This document shows positions 1 to 12,000 of a stretch of 61,133 nucleotides of DNA, piece by piece. Both the position numbers and the translations under genes were made by a program. The notes under the pieces were generated by a model that was not told where the DNA came from, ran no database searches, and worked only from the letters and a program-made list of their open reading frames with translations. Every line of letters begins with the position of its first letter. Within the stretch, counting starts at the first letter, position 1. The DNA is from Caecitellus pseudoparvulus (lineage: Eukaryota; Protista; Bigyra: Bicosoecida): the NCBI GenBank assembly GCA_965644315.1, contig CBFFRQ010000109.1, forward strand, positions 1 through 61,133, in the 5' to 3' direction.

Positions 1-253
1 ATCGCAAATGGCGCTGAAGCTGCCGCTGCACCCCGACCCAGTTGAAGGTTGGCAGGTTGGAATCCCCTCAAGTTCAGACCTCAAAACGTGCCACAGGAGC
101 CTCTGTCAGTCTCGCGAGTTCTGCAGCTTACTGTTTTCAACTGTTGATCACGTTCACCTGCATCATCCGGCCAAAGCCTACAAATACTCTTCACAATGCC
201 TCAGCCGCCCAGAACTGAACTCTGCAGCCAGGACCGACGACCACATGTAAACA

Positions 254-1753
254 TCACCGCCCGCAAGCTGCCCTGAGGAGAAGAAAAGCACGCCTCCCAC
301 TTCTCGTGCTTGTTCCGTACCAAGCAGCGTCCTTCCCTGCCTGCAGAGCAGTGTCCCCCGCCAACGCTGCAGCTTCGCGTGGCATGGCCCGGCTGCCTGT
401 GAGCCCCATCAACTCTCGCACCACATGCGAGTGGCCGTTCCTGCATGCCATGCGGAAGCCCACGTCAGGGCCGTCCCAGCTTCCCACATGGACATCCACA
501 GCTCTTTGTCCAGTGAGGGCCAACAACTCGCGCACCACTTGCACGTGGCCACGCTCACAAGCACTCCGAAAACCAACCTCTGGCCCAGTCCCATCTGCGA
601 CATGAACATCAATCGCCCCGTCGCCAACCACGCCAAGTAACTCGCGCAGCACGGCCAAGTGGCCAAGATAGCAAGCCCATCGGAAGCCATACTCGGGCCC
701 AACTCTGTCTCCCGCGTGGATATCCACCGCACGCTCCGCTGGCAACGCCAGCAGCAAACGCACAACGTTTGCGTGGCCATACCGGCAAGCGAGCCGAAAG
801 GCAGACTCGGGCCCATCAAGATCTCCCGCGTGCACATCCACTGCCAGCTCGCCAGAGAGGGCGAGCAAGTCTCGCACGACAGTCTCATGTCCTCCCGCAC
901 ACGCGGACCGAAAGCCAGCTTCAGCCCCATCCTCGTCACATGCGTGCACGTCTACCTGCCGTTCACCAGTGAGAGCCAGCAGCTCCCGAACTACAGCATC
1001 ATGGCCGTGCTGACATGCCCTCCGAAAGCCAGCCTCTGGTCCCTCCCAATCTCCAGCGTGCATGTCCACAACGCGGTGGCCTGTCAGCGCCAGGAGCTCG
1101 CGCACCACACCAACATGGCCCCGTGCACACGCGTACCGAAAGGGGGCCTCAGGCCCATCTTCATCTCCCACATGCACATCAATCTCACGGTCCCCACCAA
1201 GCCGCAGCAACACACGCACAACATCCAAGTGGCCGTGCAAGCACGCGGCTCGGAAGGCAGCCTCCGGCCCAGCCGAGTCCCCAGCGCGCACGTCCACTGC
1301 ACGCTCGCTGCCGAGACGCAGCAGCTCAGAAACAACATCTAGGTGGCCCTCAGAACTGGCCGCTCGAAAGGCAAACTCAGGCCCGTCTTCATCTCCGGCG
1401 TGCACATCCACGGCCCTTTCCCCGCTCAGAGCAAGCAGCTCCCGCACCGTCTCCACATGCCCATTCCAGCAAGCCAATCGAAAACCCGCCTCAGGGCCAT
1501 TCTCATCACCTGCATGGACATCCAGGCCTGCCTCTTCCTCCACGGCCAGCAGTGCTCGCAACAGGCCAACGTGCCCTGCTGCACATGCTCTCAAAAAGCC
1601 AGCGGTAATGTCGTCCCCTGTCAGAGCCCCAAGCACAGACTCTGCACTCGCCTTTGGCCCGTGGAGCATGTCCGTCAGTGTGATTACGTCACCACCTGTG
1701 CAAGCAGCCCTCCACTCTCCCACGGCACCGGCATTGTCCGCCTCACTCTCCAT
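254..1753 (-). CDS. Ankyrin-repeat protein 1 (ten 38-aa repeats plus N- and C-caps), intronless
   Basis: ORF 254..1816; first ATG at 1753 (MESEADNAG). Consensus VDVHAGDxxGPExxFRxACxxGHxxVVRELLxLxGxRx repeated 10 times; C-terminal DAAWYGTSTRSGRRAFLLLR. Confidence 0.9.
   Translation of the reverse strand: MESEADNAGAVGEWRAACTGGDVITLTDMLHGPKASAESVLGALTGDDITAGFLRACAAGHVGLLRALLAVEEEAGLDVHAGDENGPEAGFRLACWNGHVETVRELLALSGERAVDVHAGDEDGPEFAFRAASSEGHLDVVSELLRLGSERAVDVRAGDSAGPEAAFRAACLHGHLDVVRVLLRLGGDREIDVHVGDEDGPEAPFRYACARGHVGVVRELLALTGHRVVDMHAGDWEGPEAGFRRACQHGHDAVVRELLALTGERQVDVHACDEDGAEAGFRSACAGGHETVVRDLLALSGELAVDVHAGDLDGPESAFRLACRYGHANVVRLLLALPAERAVDIHAGDRVGPEYGFRWACYLGHLAVLRELLGVVGDGAIDVHVADGTGPEVGFRSACERGHVQVVRELLALTGQRAVDVHVGSWDGPDVGFRMACRNGHSHVVRELMGLTGSRAMPREAAALAGDTALQAGKDAAWYGTSTRSGRRAFLLLRAACGR
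386..1525 (-). repeat. 114-bp coding tandem repeat x10 (ankyrin units)
   Basis: 38-codon periodicity of the xDxHxxD..GPE motif in ORF 254..1816. Confidence 0.85.
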
Positions 1754-2262
1754 GGCGTTGCGGCGCAGATTCCGCACATGTGGCCTCGATGCACCTCCGC
1801 GCTGTGAAAGGAACAAGGCTCCAGCAGGCCGACCAGGGTCAAATTCTAAGTTGCACTTTCACACTCCAGTTGTGAACATGAACAGCACCTGGGTTTCCTC
1901 GTTTTCGTCACGCGCCGTAACTGCTCCAAGTGTCAGCCGAGGCAGTGGCGTTTGCTGCCCCTCGTGCCTTTCGCCTCGTGCTGCCTCCACAGCTTCTTCG
2001 AGCTGGACCTTTCACTCTCTTTTCAAATCAAACACCTTCATGGTCCTCTAGAGATCGCTCCACTTCCTAGTCTTGGCCGAAATCAGTTGCACGTCGCAAG
2101 AATATCTGTGCAAGTTTCCGTTCGGCACCGGCAGTGCTCCAAAAAGCAAAAATTAATCACAGCTTGTCGACCTTTCGTGTACGTAAATGTGCCTGCCACC
2201 AAGCCAGGCAAACTAGTGTGTGCATTTTGCAGCCCATGTCACCCTCTCTTTCCTTTCCTTCA

Positions 2263-5200
2263 TCAAGAGCGAGCAATGGCAGGGCCGACGACCAAGGGCG
2301 ACTTGGTGCGAGTGGCTGGGGTCTCCACACTCGAGTCCTCTGCTTCCAGGTGCAGGCCAGCTTCCCGCACCATGGCCACATCACGCGAGAGGGCGATTGC
2401 CTTATCCACAGAAATGCAGCTGCCGAGCGCAATGCAGGCCGCTGCGCTCCTGCGTGGTCCAAACGTGCAGCACCAGAGGCCTGGGTGTGGGACGTGCTTC
2501 ATGTGTGAATGCGTCGGCGATTGCTGCAGGTACAGCTTCAGCCAGTCAAAGACTGCAGCGTGCCGCCTACGCAGGGTGGCGACGCCTGCGCCGAGCAGGA
2601 GGAGGAAGGTCATGGCCAAGAACAGTGTGTTGGCGAGGAAGATGGCGCCCTGCAGCAGGAACTCCGTCTTCTCCCCGACCAGTAGTTCGTCGCCCAGCGC
2701 CAGGCCTCCGAAGGCAGACACACAAATGGCGGTCAGTGCTGCGGTTTCCACAGCATTCATCAGCGTGGCCTCGTACGGCAAGGATGCAACATGGACGACA
2801 AGGGGTTGACAGCACGAGGCAGATCAGCGCTGCTTGCAGCTCGGCATTGCGCACGGTGACAGCGACTACAGCAAGGAGCACTTTCCGTGGCAGCACGACC
2901 AGCAACTCCCAGTACCAGAAGTTGGGCTCGTCTTCTTCTTTGCGGGGAGAGTCCTCAGAGTGCGCACGGGGAATTCTGAACCCTTCATACACCGCACCGT
3001 ACACTGCCTTCACGCTGTGCTTGTAGACATGGTGCCTGTGGCGGCAGACCAGGCAGGCGCTACCGAGGGGGATGCCGACATCCCACACCAGCAAGCCAAG
3101 GTATGCTGCGAGCTGGGCGGTCTGGAACATGGAGTCCATGCTTCCGTGTGCGACATCTGAACGGAGGAACAGGAAGCCCAGGATGCGGAAGTCGTACGTG
3201 TCCAGCATGCGCAGACATGCCTCGACTACAGGGAAGTGCACCAGCAAGAGCAGGATGAAGGCTGCGCGATACGCTTGCTCAGCACACCTCGCCCGCTGCT
3301 TGAAGAGGTCCACAGTCTTTGCCAGCACAGCTTTCTCCTCAGAGCGCATGCTTGCAGGGTGGGCCGGCGGTGCGCCAGGCATCACAGCTGCTTCAACCTG
3401 CGCTGCCGCCTGGCTGCGGCTTGATCGCGGCTTGCGCATATCAATGACGACTGAGCCTTCCGACTCTTCATCAGCCTCGGCCAGATCGTCCAAGTCAGCC
3501 CACGCAGATGTCCGTCTCGCTGCTGGAGATAGGTCAGTCGGGCCTGTGTCGTCTTGGAATGAGGTGGACCTTGGAACCAGCGCGGAAGGTCTGGAAGTTG
3601 GAGACACCAGGGTCTTTGGCGCGGGGAAGGCGAACGTAGCGTCAACCAAAGCACTGTCTTTCTTGGGAGGAGTGGAAGCTGCAAGGGGCTGCGGGGCCAC
3701 TACCCCAGACTCGGCAACGCCTTCCCCGCCAACTGAGCCCCCACCCTTCTCCTCAGCATACCTCTCAGCAGCAGCCTGCAGCACTGCGTGGCTTTGCCGC
3801 TGCAAGATGCTGAACACACCCGCTACGATCAGCGGAATGCTCACTGCAGCAATGGGTATGCTCAAGGTGTTGAAGAAGCGAGTGTATATGTCTGTGTGGA
3901 AGGCGCATTGCGCAGGCACCGAGTTGGTGTTGACACCGACCGACACTGAGGAGAGCCACGCTATGATGCCATCTAACGCGCTTTCAGGAGGCAAGCGGGT
4001 ACTCAGCAGCACTGCATACATCTGGGCCCAGCCGGTCATGACTCGGAACACCCCAGTGAGCTGTCCCCTGCTCTGACCCTCCTTGCTCTCCCGATCACTC
4101 GTGCGCAGGGCCAGGTACACGAGGAGCCCCGTGAAGAAAACCCAGGAGCCGATGCTCTGCAGAAAGCCGAAGCTGTCGTTGGGACACTTCACGCAAAGCA
4201 GCTGTGGGCTGGACCTTGCCCAGCCTTCAGCACACTCGCCACAGAGGATGCCCCTGTGCCCAGGCACGCAAGAGATGCCACTCGAGTTCGCTACAGGCCT
4301 GCACGCATCTGGAGGCGTGCACTGAAGGATGCTCGCACCAGCGTAAAGAACCGCTTTCCCTGCGACTGCGGCCTGCAACTCAGCTGTCTCATTCACAAGT
4401 GCTTGCAGACGCCGTCTCGCGGGCGAATCAGCGCTCGTTGTGTCACCCTGTAACTCGGCACTGGCCACATCTTTCAGCTTGCTCCACTACCTGTCCTGCA
4501 ACTTGGGGTGTGATGGCACCATGGACGCATCGGTCACGCAGGTATCACACCAGAAACCTGGACGGGGCCTGAACTGCCCAGCAGCGCAGCCGACGCCGTT
4601 CAAGGGGCACTGCAAGCACTTGGTCTGGGCCAGGTTGGCAAAAGTGCCGCCAGGGCACTGCGTGCATGCAGCCTCTTGGTTTTCAACGTTGGCACGGATT
4701 GTTCCAGGAGGGCAGCGCTCACACCGAAGCCCAGAAGTGTCGTTGGTGCTCTGGCGGCGCTGCCAGCCAGTAGCACAAATGCAGTCCATCTGCGAGTCAG
4801 CTAACACCTCGCTGTCGGTGCGGCACGTTGGGCTCACTACCACAGCAGGCACAGCCACTGCACCTCGTGACAGATAAGGATATATGGCTTGCCCAGAGAT
4901 AGAGGATGTGAGCAGCGTAGTTTGTGGCTGAGACGGTTGGACTTGCAGCACGGCATGCCCTTCATCCAGCGCCGCCAGCCCAACAGTCAGGTCGGCTTCG
5001 CCGGTCACCAGCTGGCGCACTTGCGGTAACTCAACGAGGGACTCCACTTCGCGACTTGTGGCATCTCGTGCTTCAAGCAGGAGCCCCACTTGCTGCCGCC
5101 CGGACACAATGATCGCGCTTCCAGGCGCTGAGGCATCCATCATGGACATGTTGCGTTGCCCGCTCAAAGCAGACTGAATGGCGATCACTTCGCGGTCAGC

Positions 5201-7462
5201 GCGTTTGGGCCACGAAACCGCATCGGGCAGCATGAATCTGCTCGTGTGCGAGAACGCACCTCCACCACGCACCTGCACTCGTACTGGGATAGCCCGGATT
5301 TCATCGTACGCTGCCAGCGCGGCCACGTCTGTCGCACCTGACGCACCTTCTGCCACAGATGCAGTGATCCGCACCAAAATAGTTGCCGCAAATTCACCTG
5401 TACCGCACAAAAGCCCCAGAGGTGGCCGAGGCCCAAGACAAAGCTCGCCCCCATGCACAACGCTGACTGGCACCACCAGTTGCCCAGTGGAAGCAGGCAG
5501 CAAGAGCTCATGCTTTGGAGTGGTTGTTTGCAGCCATGTGGCTGTGGACGATGTGCCCTGCGACGGAACCACTTGCACGTGTAGATCAGCAAAGGATGCC
5601 AACGTTTGCAAGATGGCAATGCCGGAGGCTTCCTTGCTGGGCGCCACTGTCAGCGACACGGTGCCAGGAACCACAGAAAGCAGCGTGGAGCGCATGGTCA
5701 ACGGCAGCACCTGATCAAGCTGCCCAGCTTTGGACTTGGCATCGTACTCATTCGTGCGCAAGCGCAGGGTGCTCGAAAACAGTCCGCTGACAGCTGCACC
5801 CGGAGAAACCAGCCAGACTGTGAGGAGCACGCGTTCTCCCACGCCAAGGGACCCCTGCAGCACTGCTGACTCTTCTCGAAGGGATCCAACCGAAACGACG
5901 CCCTGCTCGTCGGCAAGCACGTAAACAATGTTGGAGCCAGTGCCTCCAGCATGGCCACATACACCTGCTGGGGTGCACACTGCGAGCCATGGAGCCAAGC
6001 TAGCGTCCGCGTGGTCAAGTCTCCAGGTCAGGGTGCCAGATACAACGTTTCGCAGAAGCAGCTGCTGCGTGCTGTTGCCGCCTGGGATGAAATTGCGCTC
6101 CAGGACACGAGGCCGCATGTCCGAGATCGGCGCGATGACCCGCAATGTGACCTGCACGATGACAGGCAAAATGTCGGCCACCCGAAGTCGCCCAGGTGCC
6201 CCGCCAGCCGCATCGTTTGAAGCCGTCGAGTTTGCCTGGAAGGTACCAGTGGCCCGGTGCAGACCAGGGGGAAGGTTCGCAGACCTCATGGTCAAGATAA
6301 CTCCTTGTTGGCCTTGGTTTGCGGGGAGTCGCGCCTTCCGAGCTGCAGACAGCGTCGGCCAGCCCTGTTGCTGGCCCCGAAAGGAAACCTGAGCGTCCCA
6401 GTGCACATGCTCGGCACTGGACACAATGCCAGCTTGAGACTTGGTGTCAGACTGGCCGTTGAGCTCGAAAGCAGCGGCCACTTCCACAGGGAAGGCGGTG
6501 AGGAACGGGAGGGGCTGGGGAGTGACACCGGCGGTGGAAGAGGAGGAGGCGCCGGGTGACTTGGTTGGTTGGGCGGATGCACTGCTGGATGCCGTTGGCG
6601 CTGGAGTCCTGCTGCTTGACCGGCGGACAAGAGGCGATCTAGAAGGGGCGATGGAAGGCAGCGGCGCTGAGCTTTGAGCCAAGTCCACCACTTTCTCGGG
6701 TAAGACTGCAGTCGCATCCAAGCCGGCGACGCCGCGGACGTGAACCACAAGGTCAAATGCTCCCGAGTTCCCAGTCGACTTCAAGTACGCGCTGGGGAGT
6801 CGTGGCAGCCCATCAACTGCAGCAGACCCAAGCTGCAAGGAAAGGGAGACGACCAAGCGTGGAAACGTTGACGTAAAAGTTCGAGTCACCCTCCACCAGT
6901 CAGTCGAGCGCAGACAAGGACCCCAAGCCGCAAGCCTCGCGTCGATGCAAGACACGCTCAAAACAACCAGTGTCGCAGCAGATCCGACGTCTGGTGCATC
7001 AGACAGCGACAGGGGGGCGCCAACACTGGTTCCTGTCTGAGCACCAACCAACAAGACCGCTGGATCATGCAGTGCTGCCTCGATGGTGCCCCCATCCAAG
7101 GCCACTTCCTGCTGCACAGTCGAGGACAGCCACTCGGGCGGCCTTGAAGACGGAGTCGCGCTGGGAGTTGCTGTCACTGATGGCGTCGCAGAGGGGGAGT
7201 TGCTGGGAGCGGATGCAGCTGGTGCTGAGGGCGTGGCGACGCACGCTGTGGCATCGTGGGATGGGCGTGGAAGACTGCCGCGAGCATGCTGAAGGATACG
7301 GCATGCTACGCATACACCCTTGTGCAGCGCCTGTGGGAGGCAAGCCACCCTGCGCTGAGCGGCGCAGCTGCCGTCAGTGGCATTGGCAGAACGCTCCCAG
7401 GCGCAGGAAGCGGCAGCAACACCAACACCTCTCACAAAGCACTCCCTCGTCCACGCTGTCAA
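2263..7462 (-). pseudogene. Large Cys-rich (CxxCPxGT, GCC2_GCC3/TNFR-like) multipass membrane protein TM1, disrupted as assembled
   Basis: ORFs 4487..7462 and 2567..4468 are in the same frame, separated by one TAG (4487-4489). A +1 shift at the G run 2802-2805 leads into ORF 2263..2781. No in-frame ATG at the 5' end. Colinear with intact paralog TM2 (CxxGHRGxLCGECxxGWAR, FRxMTGWxQM, WELLxVLP, PY..L.N.xE, WCCTxGxRRSA). Confidence 0.7.
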
Positions 7463-9050
7463 GCAAAGAGGGGGTGGAACCCGACATCAGTGCAACTCAT
7501 GCCATGGTCATTCAGCATCGGGCCCCTCCTCCACCGCCAGCAGCTTGGTCAGCGACCAGTCCGCACCGCGAGCAGGCCAAGACAACAGCAGCGGCGAGCT
7601 TCACCGGCAGCAGCGGGGCCAGCGTGGAATGCCAGCCTTCACACTTCACATTCAGCAGTGTTTCTAAAGCATTGACGTGTCAATCACGACAGCCGGCCCC
7701 ACCTCGCGTCAGGCTCACAAGTATCTCCCGTGCAGGACACTGCACCTTCATCCGATTTCCGCAGCCCAGCTGCCTGCTCTGCACTGCCCCTGAGCGTCCT
7801 GCCGCGAGATTACAGCGGCAAGGCGAATTCTTTCACTTTGACATATGGACGATAGATTTCAATGATGGCCACTCGGGGCTCCCAGACTTGCCCCTTTCGC
7901 TGCCAGGCTGCAGAACGTGTTTGACTGGCTCTGCCCACGGCAGCGCAACCCAATGCAAGGCGCTGTCCACGATGGCATGCCTGCCCAAGTGCAGGGACTG
8001 CACAGCAGACCATGACACTTGGCAGTATTAGGTTACCTCCAGACTTGTTTGTTCAATGGAATCCAATGACGGCACGGCCATGATCTGCAAAGGCAAGGCT
8101 CACACCTGTCTCGCATCGAAGGCCAAGCCTGGCAAGCTGTGTGGCGGGGTGAGCATGAAGCAAGACATCTGACCTTCAGGGATGCTGCCCAAGGCTGGGG
8201 GTCGATTTGCTTATGTCAACCGCAGTGATCCACACGCTGGCGACACTGCTTGCCCAGCTTTGACCGACCTGAAACGAAATGCACATGAGAACATTGTCTG
8301 TCTGTAACACGCCCACATGCTGCCCCAGGGCCCAGTGAATGCCGTTGAAGCACTGGAGGTATTTGCTGGGGCCCTTACGGCAAAAGTTGCTCCCGAATTC
8401 TGGGGGTGCCGCAGACGGCAATAGTTTCTACTGGCCCCACGAGGTGGTCGCAGCACCTCCCGGATGGATGCAAGTCCTGAAAACGTGCATTCCGTACTGT
8501 GGGGCCGTGTTTGATCATGTGGTAGAAGCTCAACTTCAAGGCGCAGGCGTGGAACGCGGGCAGCCCGCCGCGGACCTCGCGCGGCGAGCCCGCTACACAG
8601 CCGCCACGCCTGCCGCCTGGACCATGCCGAGCAACCTCGCTCCCGGGCGAGGTGGCACGGTAGATAGCAAGTGAGGTGGGTTGGGTGAAAAAAGAGCCTG
8701 GTATCCATTTCTGAAGACATCTCTCTCCGTGTCAAAAGGAAGAGGCTTGGCGTGCGAACAGCTAGAGCAATTGAGTTGCATTATTCGTTGCGAGACTCGT
8801 GACGCGATGTGACTCGCCTGGTCGGAAGCTTGGGAAACATCGAGCAGTATATCCCCCACAAATGATCAGACGTGGTGCTCTTTGTTCTTTTGCCTGGGTC
8901 CACGGCAAAGGCCTCGAACCATGCTCCGCCAGATATGGTCTGCCAACAATGTCGTTGTGAGGCTCGTCAAATTCGGCTTTCTCGCAGAGCACAATGCAGG
9001 TATCTCCAGCTTTCGCCTTTCTCACAGCAACATCACATTCGTGCACACAT
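7235..9050. repeat. Diverged segmental duplicate, copy 1 (partner about 26580-28230)
   Basis: Colinear anchors at about 19.33 kb offset: CCGATTTCCGCAGC 7752/27078, TGCAGAAC 7908/27233, GCCAAGCCTGGCAAGCTG 8122/27452, TCCACACG about 8228/27559. Ends are approximate. Confidence 0.75.
8260..9050 (-). pseudogene. Relic of the C-terminal nuclease-like region of a fourth NTPase-REase paralog (closest to gene C)
   Basis: Fragments in several frames, in the same order as gene C: KAGDTCIV ~ QPGDAWVV; LRLEVELLP..HSTE ~ VRVKAEQLP..HSTE; CRKGPSKYL..HV ~ CRNIKDSKKYL..HV. Downstream DNA aligns with the 3' flank of gene C. Confidence 0.55.
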
Positions 9051-9097
9051 GTTTGCTTCGGGTCAATCTCTACTACAAGTACGCAATGATCTTCGTC

Positions 9098-12000
9098 TTA
9101 CTCACCAGACGAGGGCTGGAAAGGGGAAGACAGCTCCTCAATCATGGGCACACTTTCAGACAGACCTATCATGGAAGGTGGCAAATAGTTCTGCCCAAAC
9201 ACCCCGAAGAAGCCTGGAATGTCAGCTTGGTCTAGTGTGTGTCCACCTTTGTCTTGTTCGGTGGGTGTGCAATACACGAAGAAGAGGTCAACGTGTTCCG
9301 TATCAGTGATGCGTTTCGTGAGAGGAATCAGAGACTCGTCAATGATGCCACCTTTCTGCGCGTCTGCTTCGGCAACCTGCTCTGCTTCATCGACCATGTC
9401 TTCAGAAAGCTCGCTATCGGAATCTGCACTCATGGAGTCCACAGACATGACGGCAGGGCTCTCATCCTCAGCTTCCCGGATCCCAGACGTACCTTCAGCC
9501 TCAGCACCCTCGTCTGCACCGCGTTTGGGGACGACCTGGCTTGGGTCCTTAAGTATTGGTGCAGGCGCTCTGGGCTCATCAGGGAGTTCCCTCATACGCT
9601 TCGCAGTCGTCTCCTCGAGTTCTTTTCGAGGGGCCGCTTCGAGCAAAGCCGGGGACATGACGAGCTTGGAAAACTTGTCCCCCCTGCACTCGACTTTGGC
9701 ATTGAGGTCAATGGGGATGCCAAAGCTCCACAAAATGGAATTCGCCATGCTCGTCTTCTTTTCAGCTGGTTCTTTCTCGGAGTACCTGAACTTCACCTCA
9801 GAACCCTTGAGTTCAGTGAAGTACTTCATACTGAAAGCAAGGCTGGCGATGTCCTTCAAAGTTGGTGGGATCTCCACTTCTTCACTATCCTTGGGGCGTG
9901 TACCGGCAAAGATCAGGCTGGACGGCGTCTTATTCGCGCCGTGGACCTTAAGAGACGATATTGTGGTTTCGATGAAGGCAACCTGGAGGTTTGCCTTCCC
10001 GCCCTCCTCTGCGTGAGGGCGCCTGAATACAACGAAGTCCACTGTTGGGAATGAGTGGGGCGTGCGCACCACGTGCACTTTTCCAGGAGCAAGGGTTTGC
10101 ACTTCCCGCACATCGACGAGGGACAGGCCCGCGCCGGTTGCGTCGGAAAGGACCTTTGCCTCTGGGAGTCGTGCGGCATCACTCATAAAAGAGTGCCTCA
10201 GAAGCATCTTAATCGGAGTTTTACTTGCCTTCGCTGAGAGAGGTATGTACTTGGACCCAAACAAGCCCATTTCAAGCAGTGTTGTCACGGTTCCCTCAAA
10301 CTGTTCACCGGTGCCGATGTGGCCAGCCCCAGACAGAAGCCTTTCCCAGGCATCTCTCCTCTCCGGGTCATCGCTCGTCATGGCATCGGTGTGGCATTTG
10401 AAGAGCGCTCGCATGTACGCATGCCGTGCAACGTGTGACGAAAACTTGGAATTGGCGCGCAAGCTGAGTTCGTCTGGGTTGGTTCTGGAGAGAATGGAGA
10501 GTGCGGCCAAGGAATGGTCCAAAAAGATGGATATGCCACCCGCTTGCTTGGCAATCTCGTCGCTTGTTGCTTCGTCTAGGCGCTTTTCACACTTTGACTC
10601 CAGAAGACGAAGAGTGTGCAACCACCCTTTTCCCAATACTTCACGAAACCAGGCCGCGTTCTTCTTCGAGGGAGTTGCTTCCTTTGCCATATTGACCACC
10701 ACGCGCAAATCACGAGGAACAACTCCCAAGGACACAATCAAGTTCAAAAAATTTGTTCTCAGCTTCTCGTCGTCCAGCAACTGGACTGCTGCAGAAGGGA
10801 GCTGAAGGGATACGTCTTCCCCACGCCCCACACCCTTCACTTCACCCTCATCTATCTTGTCAAGTATGTTCAAGGGGTCGTCAGAGGCTTGTGGCCCCAT
10901 CATCAGTTTGAAAGCAAGCTCCGGACTGCAGCGTTCCAGCTCGTAGAAGGGGTTAGGCAAGTCCTTTGACGACTGACTGTTGAACGTCTCTTGCACTCCC
11001 TTCAGTTCGTTCTTTATCAGCTGGGAAGCGTGAAAGTCAGGAGAAAAGGCAAAAATTTTGTCAGAGGGCTCAGTCCAACTAAACAGACTCTCCAGATGCT
11101 TCCACCACTCAGCAGGCTCCTTGTTTGTCTTTTCGTCTGCAAGCAGTTTCTGCAGGCGGTTGGCTTCGTCGATGATCAGGGCACCAAACTGGCTTTCCTT
11201 TTCTTGTTCACCTTCGGAAATCCCCTTATTGAAGGTTGTTTCTTCAGACAAGAACATGCTCTTTAGGGCTTCATGCGCATCAGACCCGTAGATGCCAATT
11301 GCAGCCATGTCACGGAAGAGTTTGGGGGTGCAAACACTGTCTCCGCATGACATGGATAAACCACCTTGCATGAGCCGACTTGGGAGTTGCTCGAAGAGAG
11401 ACGACCCAGGCGCAAGCACGTTAGACATAGGCATGTACATGACATTGCCCCCCGCCCCGACGCTGAGGATCAATGCCAGCGTCCGGAGAGTTGCGGACTT
11501 TCCTGTCCCGTGCACTGCCGTGGTCATGACACCAAGCCTGCTTGACTCTTCAGAGGAAACAGTTTTCTTTAACAGCTTTGCTCGCCCACGAGTAAGTACG
11601 AATGTTGACAGGTACAACTTGCGCATTGGCCATTTTGATTTTTCCACATCATGGAACCCGTGCACTGCAGGCCGGAGGCCATAAATGATCAGATCGCTCA
11701 CAGACTTCTTTGTCAGGCCAGTCTTGGCATCTTTAAACAGGAATGGCTGGCCCCCCCAGATCGGCAACCGAAGCACCACACCCTCCAAAATGTTCCCCAC
11801 GAAAATGGGATGGCAGCCGGTGGACCACTTGATTCCTTGTTCACGGTTCAGCTTGTCCACCGTCCACCCTTCCTCCAGAGCACGCAACACGGGCCAACTA
11901 GATGCGTTGCCTTTGTTGACAGCATCCCCTGCATCAAGAAGCCAGCCAAAGTTCGCATCAATGATGCTACTGTGGGTCTCGCCCGACTTGAGAATGGCAT

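Noticed and set aside
7833-8018. Ankyrin-like DSALHW peptide
   Set aside because: Not preserved in the duplicate copy near 27200-27300; likely chance.
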